This document shows positions 47,709 through 57,378 of a stretch of DNA of 64,000 nucleotides, in pieces. How positions within the stretch are numbered: position 1 is the stretch's first letter; every line of letters starts with the position of its first letter. The translations under genes were made by a program, and so were the position numbers. Below the pieces are notes generated by a model. That model worked only from the letters and a program-made list of their open reading frames with translations, had not been told where the DNA came from and did not search any database. Origin of the DNA: Felis catus (lineage: Eukaryota); the NCBI RefSeq assembly GCF_018350175.1, contig NC_058374.1:131440001-131504000 (forward strand), in the 5' to 3' direction.

Positions 47709-49207
47709 GCCCCGAGAACCAGGCCACGCTCCAGCCTGGGCTGTCAGGAGCCGTCCTGTCTCCGCTCGGCGGTCCCAGGAACCCAGCACTGCGGGGGTGA
47801 CTCTGCGGCCCCGGCTTGGGAGGCAGTTCCTCTGTGGCCCAGAGCTTGGACGCTGGAAGGGGGCAGGCAGCTGAGAGCTGGCTTCCCTCAGGAGGAGACT
47901 TCAGAGCCAAGTCGGGGGCATCTGCCTTAGTGGGAAGGCTTCCCACTGAGCCGTCCTCGGATTTGTGAAGCTAAGTGCCCCTGTGATCTGTTTGTCCCTG
48001 ACCCTGGTGCCACGTGCCCAGGGCAGGCTTCTGAGGGGGTGGAACCTGTCGGGGAAGTGGGTCTGTCCTCACCCTCCAGCAGTCTTCCCTGTGGGGGTGA
48101 AAAGGTCGCGTTGGGTCTGGGCCCCCTCACCCGGGCTCCAGGCCAGCATAACCACTGCTAGGGTCCGGAGTCGTCCTGCTGCTCTGCGAAGCGGGCCGCC
48201 GAGGCAGGTGGCTGAGCGTTGCCAACCTCTGCCCGTTACCGGCTGAGGCTGTGGGTCTGTCCCTTCTCCGTGGCCTCCTTGGTCCCCTCAGCTGAAATCG
48301 AAGTGCTGGAAGCAGATGAGTTCCAGAGCATTCCCCAGCCCCAAACTTGGGCATCCTCCCCGGGCTTCCAGCAGCTCGCGGAGAGACACCGATCGAGGCG
48401 TGATTAACCCCTTTTAAAGAGAGTGTGTCTCGACTCACTTGAAAGCGTGGCGGTTCCCAGGCAGACCCCTCAGGAGGCCAGCGGGTGTTCTGCAAGGCTG
48501 CCGGGTTTTCACGCCCCCTGTCCCTTCCTTGTCTCCGCTTGTGAGTGAGCCGCCTGACCCCCCCATCCCCTGGCCGAGCAGGGTGGAATCCTGCCTGCAG
48601 CAGGTAGATAGATGTACAGTGAGGACCGCCGGAGCACCTGTCGAGGAACCCCGTGAGCCGCCACCACCCTCTGCCGCTCGCTGGCTCCTGGGATTCTGGC
48701 CCAGAGCACAGGACCTGTGACCGGCTCTTCAGCCCCTTCCACCTGCTCTCTCTGCTGCCTCCCGGTTCTCGGGGGTGGGGTGACTCCCTCCGCCCGGCCG
48801 ACTCCACCCTGGGCAGAGGGTGGGGCCCGCCAGCTCTCCAGGTGGTTCTAGTGCTCAACCCAGGGCAGTGAGCGGGAGCCTGGCCCTCACAGGCCTCCGG
48901 GAGCAGAACAACACCCCGGGTCCGAGGGATTCGTGCACACAGCAGGGCTCGGGTTCAGATCCTGGCTCGGCCGCTTGGCCTCCGTGTGCGCCTCGCCGGG
49001 CTGACCTCTCTGGGTCTGTGGCCATGCGTAAGATGGCAGGACACCTACCTCTTAGAGCTGCCCTGGGGCTGAAGGGAGCCATTTCCCAGGTGCACCTGCA
49101 GGGTGCCTACGGCTGCCGCTGAGACATCTGACCCACGTCTCGTCTCCCATCCCCAGAGACACGGGGTCCCTCACCACCCACATCTACAGTTTGTGCCGTT
49201 TACAAGT

Positions 49208-49213
49208 ATTAAA
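49208..49213 (+). terminator. Probable NOL12 polyadenylation signal (variant ATTAAA)
   Basis: First polyA-type hexamer I found downstream of the stop; tgtgtgtg follows about 20 nt later. Confidence 0.55.
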
Positions 49214-49574
49214 TTCTCAGCCACTCTCTCCTGTGTGTGACATCAGTTCCTCCAGCAGACCGAGGAAATTGAGTCAGCGATTTTGCCAGTCTTGGGACCA
49301 GAAGTGGTGGAATCAGAACCCTCTGGAGAACTTGTCTTTTCTCCCCGGAGCCCCTCCAGGCTTCACACCTGGATTCTTTCCTCTTGCCGCCATCCCGTTG
49401 TGTGGCCTCCCGGGCTTGGGGCTTCCGGGAGCTTTATAAAGAAGGGTTGGGTTTAGCTGCATATAATATGAACCAAAATTTAAAAATAACTGGCTTACTT
49501 GAGAGGAGCTTACCAGGGAAGTAACTAGCCTGGAGCCGGGGGGCTGGGATGGCAGACTTTTTAGCCTTTTGTGC

Positions 49575-49779
49575 TATTTTTTTTTTTTAATGTTTATTTT
49601 TGAGAGACAGAGCACAAGTGGGGGAGGGGCAGAGAGAGAGGGAGACACAGAATCCGAAGCAGGCTCCAGGGTCCAACCTGCCAGCACAGAGCCCGACGTG
49701 GGGCTCGAACTCATGAACCGCGAGATCATGCCCTGAGCCGAAGTCGGACGCTCAACCGACTGAGCCCCCCAGGTGCCCC
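49575..49779 (-). mobile_element. CanSINE inside an MLT1-like LTR remnant (about 49445-50010)
   Basis: TSD ttttgtgc(t/a)attttt; flanking gtccaagatggctgct...cagccatcaca motif. Confidence 0.88.
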
Positions 49780-52266
49780 TGTTTTGTGCAATTTTTAACA
49801 CCTGGCTTCCACCTCGTGGTCCAAGATGGCTGCTTGAGCCTCAGCCATCACACCTGCCTTTCAGCCAGCAGGTGGGAGGACGGATTGAGGAGCATGCCCC
49901 TCCTCCTTGTAAGAACCTTTGACCCTTGTCAAGTGCCATTAGTCCAGCAGAAGGCAAAGACGGGGCAGGAGGAAGAGAGCGGACTGCGGTCCGTTCTGGA
50001 GAACCATGTTCCCAAATAAGAATTGAGGCTTGTGCTACTACGGGGAGAGTCGGTATTGGGGTACAAGCAGTGGGGTCTCCCCCGGGAGCTGAACATACGA
50101 GGAAAGGGCTGTCGGGAGGGGATCCAACCGTATGGAACTAGAGCCACAGCAGACGCTCTTGTTCCTGGGCGACTGCACCGAGCTTCCCCGACATGTCAGG
50201 CCTGTTCTAGGAGGAGCAAGGCCATCCGCTCAGCAGAGGACAGGCTCTCCCGGTAGGTTGTGTTTTGGGGTGGTTGAGCCCTCCCCAGGGGGACGCGTGG
50301 GCAGGCCTGGCGGAGCTACCTGCCTGGGGGGCAACCACGGAGGAGACGGTTCCGGGCGGGGGAGACCTCTGCTCTCATCCTCTCCAGAGCCCCCCGGAGC
50401 CTCAGCGGCTCGAAGCCCCCGGGTTGGACTGTCAGTGGCTCCGGCAGGGGCTTCCCAGCTTCTGAGCTGAAGACCTCACTGCCTTGTTCAGTTGGGAGCG
50501 GGTCCCGCGTGACAAACGTCCTCCGGGTTTTGAGCCGACATCTGCCTCTTCCAGATGTGGTAGGCGCCCTTTAGAAGTTCACGGACTGCTCACAGCCTCT
50601 CTTGCTCTGTTCTGAGCCACCTCCTCGGGGAGGCCTTCCCTGGCCCCTCCTCCAGCCCCAGGAATTAATCCTTTTCCCACGTGGGCTCCAGTGACACTTG
50701 GTGTTGCCTCCTTTCAAATGCTGAACATATTGTAACCTGGTTATGTCTGTCTCCCAACCCCCTCGCAGGCTGACCATGAGCCCCCTAGTGAGAAGTTGTG
50801 TCCGTAATTGCTATGTTTCTCCTTCTGGCCCAGGGCCCCTCTCACTGTGGGTCCTCAACCAATCCTGGCTGCATCACATGGGACCCAATTCCCCCTCCCC
50901 ACAGGTGCTCCCAGTAACTCTCGAAACAGTCTGTTCTCGAATTTTCTGGCCCCAGTTTGCAAGTTTCTGTTTGCCTGTCTGCAAGTTTCTGAATCTGTTT
51001 TCCTCCTTCCCATCACCACATCCATCTCTCCTGGGGCCTGGGTGAAACAAACCTTCCCCGTCCAATGAGCTTTGTCCTCTCCCTTGCACCCTAGTCAGCA
51101 GGATTGCCAAACAACAACCAAAAAACAAAGAGGCTGGGAAAGCAATTTATCAAGCCCTTCTCTTGTGTCAGACGGTTACATTATTAACTCAGAACAGCAC
51201 TGTGAGCGGATATCAGCTCCATTTGACGGGTGAGAAAACTGAGTCTCCAGGTACATAATGTCAGAGGTTACACGTCATGGCTAAGAAGACATAGTCCCTG
51301 CATCCCAGGGAGGGGGCAGACACATGGGAGTCCCTCTGGAGGTCAGAGGTTCAGCAAAGTATTAGAGGGCCCAGAGGGGCACAGAGCAGAGACAGGTGAC
51401 CCTTGACCTGAATCTTGAGGGACGATTTGGATTGGCCAGGCGGCTGCGGGAGGGGATGAGCTGGCAGGTGGGGGGCACCCAGGGAGCCCCTGAAGGGCCT
51501 CAAATACTGAGCTAAGGATCTGGACCCTTAGCTTGTGGACACTGGGACCCCCTGAGGTGGGGTTGGGGGGTTGGCAGGGGAAAGTCGGGGTCAGTGACTG
51601 TTTTAGAGACATCCCCCCTCCACCCAGTGGCAGCGTGGATGGTGCACTGGGAGTACTGGGGGCTCCAGGACCCTGTTGTCATTCCGTGAGAGGCAGGGAG
51701 GCCCTCCTCTCAGGCAGGTGTCCATCCACTCCCTCCCCAAGCATTTACTGAGCGCTAAGAAGTCCCAGCCACTGGGGATCCACTGGTGAGCAGGAGAGGG
51801 CAGTCCCTGCCCACGGTCGACTCGTGGCTCACAAGCTATAGCTGTGGGGACCGAATGGAGAAGACTGGAGGAGAGGTATTAGTAGCATTTATTGAACACT
51901 CACTGTATACCAGCCACTCTACCTGGCTTCACTCACTGAGCTCTCACAGTAACCCCACGGTCTAGGCAATGCCATTAAGCCCATTTTGCAGTTGAGGCAC
52001 ACTGAGGTGGCCCCCTCATGAAGCAAGCCATGCTCTCGATACAGACACGAGTACTGACCCATTGGCTGAACAAGCCGAGTCTTCCCTTCCAGGGGCGCAC
52101 TCACATGGTCCACAACACGAAAGACACCCTAGGAGCCATGTGAGTCTTGTATGAGATCTCAGCTCAGCACAGTGAGCCCTTTTCTTAAGGCCGGGGAAGC
52201 AGGGAGGGCTTCCTGGAGGGGGTGCTATTTCAAGTATCACTAAGGGAATAAAAAACCTATCTGTGA

Positions 52267-52472
52267 GGGGTGCCCGGGAGGCTCAGTTGGTTAAACGTCT
52301 GACTTCAGGTCATGGTCTCGTGGTTCCTGCGTTTGAGCCCCACGTCAGGCTCTGTGCGGTCAGCATAGAACCCCTTTGGATTCTCTGTTCCCCTCTCTCT
52401 GTGCCCCTCCCCCACTTGTTCCCCCCTACCCCCACCCCCCGCCCTCTCTTTCTCAAAATAAATACACTTAAA
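52267..52472 (+). mobile_element. CanSINE
   Basis: TSD aaaa.ctatctgtga. Confidence 0.9.
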
Positions 52473-52580
52473 GGAAAATCTATCTGTGATTTACCAGTTC
52501 AGGAACACTGCATATTAGCTTGGTCTGACTCACAGAGTATTTAAAAACAATTTGACTTAAAGAAACAAACAATTTGACTT

Positions 52581-52698
52581 ATACTCTGCTTTCTCTTCAG
52601 ATCCTAGAAGTCTTTTGCCCTTGACTAAAGATCTCTGTGAAGAGGAACAAGTCTGAGTGTTTACCCAATTTTTTGAGGCAAAAACCAAACCCAAACCA
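52581..52698 (+). pseudogene. U5 snRNA retropseudogene, 3'-truncated, with A-rich tail and TSD
   Basis: atactctgctttctcttcagatc...ctaaagat...gaggaacaa.tctgagt...acccaattttttgaggc is colinear with about the first 99 nt of U5, including the Sm site; loop 1 is mutated; flanked by aaacaatttgactta direct repeats. Confidence 0.9.
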
Positions 52699-52789
52699 AA
52701 ACAATTTGACTTAGCCATATTTTAAGATGTTGAGATTTCATGCAGAAGTTCAGGTTTCTGGCTTCTCCAGTAAAAGTAAGCCTGGCTGC

Positions 52790-53056
52790 AATTAAAAAAA
52801 AAAAAAAAAAAAGGTGGGGGGTGGTGGGCAGGAGCCTGGGTGGCTCAGTCGGTTAAGCGTCTGATTTCGGCTCAGGTCATGATCTCGCGGTCCATGAGTT
52901 CAAACCCCACATCAGGCTCCGGGCCGACAGCTCGGAGCCTGCTCGGATTCTGGGTCTCCCTCTCTCTCTGCCCCTTCCTCTCTCTCTCTCTCTCTCTCTC
53001 AAAAATAAACATTAAAAAAAAAGTTAAAAATTTTTAATTAAAAAAAAAAAAAAGAG
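52790..53056 (+). mobile_element. CanSINE (head at about 52828) preceded by an extra A-run/G-rich segment inside an 18-bp TSD
   Basis: aaaagtaagcctggctgc (52772-52789) / aaaagtaagcccggccgc (53057-53074). Confidence 0.88.
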
Positions 53057-55339
53057 AAAAGTAAGCCCGGCCGCCCCGATGGCCACTTCCCAGGTGGCCA
53101 TGGGCTGGAGCCAGCCCTGATGACCCCATTAGAGACTGCAGCCTTCCTGCTTCTGCTCTCCCGGGCCACGCCCCCTGCATCACTACCGCGCCTGCCCGGA
53201 GCACATGATCCTCCGAGGTTGGGATGACCATTCCCACAGGAGTGTGAGGAAGCCAAGGTCAAGGTCAGAGGGGGTGGAGTGGGTCTAGTAATGTCAGCGG
53301 TGGTTCAGCTACCCCAGACCCCTGGGAGAGCGGATCCCAGCCACAGGGAACAGCATGAGCAAAGGCAGAGACGAGCAGGCACAGACTCTTCAGGGAGCAG
53401 AAAGGGGGGTGTGAGGCTGAGATATAATGGTGACAGTGGGGACGAGCGCTGCCCTGAGCCATCTGAGCCATCCCACAGGACTCTGGGACTGTGTTTTTTA
53501 GGCCAGGCTCTGTCATCGAGTAACTGAGTGGCTTTGGGCAACTTGCTTAAGCCGCTTCAGCCTTGAGTTTGACTCCTATGAAATGGGGATGGTGACAGCT
53601 GCCCTTCTCATCACAGGGAGGTGCTGGGAGAAACCCCATCATGTACGCAGACAGGTCAGCTTTGCCCCCTTGGGAAAAAAAAGGAGGGGCTGTTACTACT
53701 TAGATGATTAAAAGCCCCGCTTTGGGCCTCAATCACTCTTAGAGCCACGGTCCCCTCCAAGAGTGGGGCTTCTTTCAAGAGTGCCCCGGGTTCCCTGGCC
53801 TCCTTCTCCTGCCTCCTGTCCAGTTATCTCTCCTTCAGGACCCTGGCTTCTGCCCACCCTCCTACCATCGTCTCCTGCCCTCCAGGGGCCCAGCCAGGCA
53901 GCTCCAGAGCTAGGGAGGGTGCTCAGGACAAACCCGTCCTGCCCCAGGACTTTTCCCCTCCTCCCTCCCTCGCTCTACTCTCTACTCCAGCCTCCACACT
54001 CTGTCCCCCCAGCCAGTCTGTTCTTCCCCAGGGCCTGCAGGCTCACTCTCTCTTTTCCAGGCCTTTGCTCAGAGTCACAGGTCAGCGAGGCTTTCCTGAC
54101 CACCTTATTTCAAATGTGATGCCCTCCCACACCAGCCCCTTCCCGGCTTCATTTTTCTCCTTAGCACCTCTCACCGGCCCACATACTCCATGTATTGTTT
54201 ATCTATCTTGTTTGGGGTCTGTTGCTCTCCACTGCAGTGTAAAGCACCAAGAAAGCAGAAGAGTCAATCTTTTCTTTGCTAAGTATCCTCAGCACCGCCT
54301 ACCTGCAAGGTAGGGGCTCCGTTGAGTATTTCGTGAATTGAATTGTCAGGAGTGCGACCAACCATGAGTTAGCTCCAGGTTTTATTGTTTGGTGGCGGAG
54401 GGGGGCTAAGGACCCCGGGGCCCTGTCCTGAGCTTCAAACTCACACCAGATGTCTAACCCACCCCAGGCTCAGAGTGGTCAAGTAACTTTCTCAAGAGCA
54501 CACAGCCAAGAGTCGCTAGAGTCGGATATTGACCATCGGTCTCCCTGCTCTCTGTGCTGCTCGTAGTAATGGGGATCAAGCTGAAAACTCGTGATCCCTG
54601 TTACTAAACTATGTTTTCACCCATTCCATCCTGGGTCGGGATGCCCTAGTTCAGGGGCTATCTCTTCCACGGGTCAATGGGCTTCCCATCTCAGAAGGAG
54701 GCGCGTTTTATTCATGTTACCCTCTCCCCAGAGCCCAGCACAGGTACATGTGAATGTCCGAGTGAGTTAGTGAATGAAGATGTTCTGTGGTGTCAGAGGA
54801 CGTCAGGCACACCAGGGTTTTAGTCTCGGCTCTGCCTCTGACTAGCCGTGTGACACTGGTAAGTTAATTGTCCTTAGTTGCTGTGAAATGAGGATCTTGG
54901 TACTTAGCCCTTTGGGTTACTGTGTCCCGATGAATGTAAAGATCTGGAACAGGAGCTGGCACATAGTGCAAAATAAATATTAGCTTAAAAGGGGGGGGGG
55001 GGGAAGACTAAAAAAAAAAGAGAGAGTTGTGCATTTTGTGAGTGAGTTCTACGTCAGTGGAAGCGAGCAGATGGAGGCTGAAAACGCCCGGGCATTTCAT
55101 TTCATCCGCACAGGTACTACTACCCTTCCCATTTTACAGATAAGAAAAGTGAGGCACAGAGAATTTAAGTCTTCTAGCCCGACATCTGGGTCAAGACCAG
55201 CCTAGGGAACTGTAGAGGGGATGCATCGACGGGAAGGAGGTCAGAGGGAGACAGCCCCGCCAAGTGCCAGCCCTCTGATGGGCCCCCTGGGAACCCAGAC
55301 CCAGCAGCTCGGGCTAAACGTGCGGCCGGTCCCGCGCTC

Positions 55340-55563
55340 GGAGGCTTCTGGGCGCCGCCCGCCTCCGCCCCGCCCCTTGCCCTCGGGTGGTCCAATCTCA
55401 CAGCCCTTATGTAAATGAGGCGCCTAGAGAGAGCCTATGCGCGAGCGGCAGGGGAGTGGTCTTCGTCCACCTCCCGGGCAACGTTCTGATTCATTGTTAA
55501 AATAGGAGCTGTGACCCCGGCATCCCACCCGGGCACCTCCTGTGCGTGGAAACCCGAGCCGAG
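55340..55563 (+). promoter_or_regulatory. TRIOBP: Probable TRIOBP long-isoform promoter and non-coding exon 1
   Basis: CpG-rich patch with GC boxes (ccgccccgcccc), CCAAT at about 55392, TTATGTAA (D-box-like), then donor GAG|GTCAGT at 55563/55564. Confidence 0.6.
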
Positions 55564-56057
55564 GTCAGTAGTACTGCGCTGCGGAAGCGGGGGAGGGGAG
55601 CGGGGAGAGGAGGCCGGTGGGGTAAGGGAGAGGGGCGAGGCATACGGAGAGGGACTGGCTGACCCGCTGGAGAGGTCCAGGAGTCCATTCTCCGGGTGGG
55701 GCATGAGTGTCCGCTGAAGGCTTCCCATTGTTACAGCCACACCTAATGTGCATTTTTGAGCATTCTGCCAGTTGGTTGGGAATAAGGAGGAGGAGGAAGC
55801 GGGAGCAGTGAGGGGCACACGGAACAGAGCCCCCATCCGCCCCCAGGAAGATGAGCGGCGTATTCCTTCTCAGGCGATGCTCCTTTATATGGCCAGACCA
55901 GGAAAGAACCGCCCAAGCTGGGCGGAACCGGTTCGCGCCCCCTCCACCACTGGGGCAAGCGACGTCTCCGGGAGATGATGGCCCAAGAAGGATCGAGGGG
56001 CAAGTGGGTACCCCCCTCCAAAACACACATACACAACGGGCCCTGCCACCTCCCCAG

Positions 56058-56162
56058 GTCTGATGGTGGAGAAGCCAGGAACCTTCGCCCTGGCTGCCCC
56101 AGGGGAGGATGAGAAATTCCGCAGCCCTCAGCTGAGATTGGCAACCAAGGCTTTATCCCCTG
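56058..56162 (+). other. TRIOBP: Probable TRIOBP 5'UTR exon 2
   Basis: Acceptor ctccccag|, donor ctg|gtaggc; 105 nt, located between the promoter and the first coding exon. Confidence 0.55.
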
Positions 56163-56626
56163 GTAGGCTTTGCAGGAAACTTGCCAGGTGAGGACAGGTG
56201 TGTGGGCTGGTGACCTGGGGGCACCGCAAGGTGCATGGGATTTGGGGAGATGGGTTCCTCTTCTGTCCCACCCTCCTCCTGGGGCTCTGTGTACGTGAGG
56301 AAGGGATCTTCAAGTCACTCTTGTCGGGGCATCCCCCCTTCCCCCCTCCCAGGGCGTGGCATTGGAGCTCTCAGTGGCCTCCCCCAGATGGGAGAGCTCT
56401 GTGCTCAAGTCAGAGCACCAGTTCAGCTCCTGGGACCTAGAGCAAGGTATGGACCCTTGGTGAGTCTTCGATGCCTCATCTTAAATTGGCATTGGCTTTA
56501 TCTACAATGTAAGATAACCGTGAGAAAAGGCACTCGAACTTTAGGGTGCACTGAATCACCCGAGAGACTTTTTAACAATGCACAACCCCAGGCCTCACAC
56601 CTCCAAGAGATTCTGACTGGGTGGAT

Positions 56627-56755
56627 NNNNNNNNNNNNNNNNNNNNNNNNNNNNNNNNNNNNNNNNNNNNNNNNNNNNNNNNNNNNNNNNNNNNNNNNNN
56701 NNNNNNNNNNNNNNNNNNNNNNNNNNNNNNNNNNNNNNNNNNNNNNNNNNNNNNN
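56627..56755. other. Assembly gap (129 N), abutting a reverse short CanSINE (56756-56826)
   Basis: Run of N; probably hides the SINE low-complexity tail. Confidence 0.99.
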
Positions 56756-56974
56756 ATGGGGCTCGAACTCACAACCCGGAGATCAGGAGTCACATGCTCC
56801 ACTGATTGAGCCAGCCAGGTGCCCCGGGAATATGCATTTTATGAGCAGTTCGGCTGAGTCTAATGCAGGGTCCTTAGAACAGACTTTGAGCAACACTGTG
56901 GTAACGACTAGAAATCACATGTCTAAATGCTTGGCAGAGTGCCTGGTGCTTAGTGGGTGCTTCAGGAGTGTTTA

Positions 56975-57189
56975 AAAAATTTTTTTGTTTAATGTTTATT
57001 TATTTTTGAGAGGGGGAGACAGAGCGTGGGTGGGGGAGGAGCAGAGAGAGGGAGACACAGAATCCGAAGCAGGCTCCAGGCTCTGAGCTGTCAGCACAGA
57101 GCCCGACGCGGGGCTCCAACCCACGAACCGTGAGATCATGACCTGAGCTGAAGTCTGACGCTTAACCGACTGAGCCACGTAGGCGCCCC
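56975..57189 (-). mobile_element. CanSINE
   Basis: TSD ggagtgttta. Confidence 0.93.
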
Positions 57190-57378
57190 GGGAGTGTTTA
57201 TTGAGTGAATAAATGAATGGATGGATGACCTTATTTCCTCGGTCCTTGTCTGTCTAGGGGCAGCTGAGGCCGGGTTCCGGGTGGTCCACCAGCCAATTAC
57301 CTGGCCCTTGCCTGCCCCCCTTTCTTCCCGGTGGCCACCATCGGATCGCAGGAGCTGCCGTGGCCTGACTCAGCCAAT

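Noticed and set aside
52545-52713. Three 15-bp direct repeats resembling a CRISPR-like array
   Set aside because: Irregular spacing; explained by the U5 retrocopy TSD plus a local duplication in a mammalian genome.
56235-56975. 246-aa ORF spanning X residues
   Set aside because: Artefact of translating through the N gap and a SINE.
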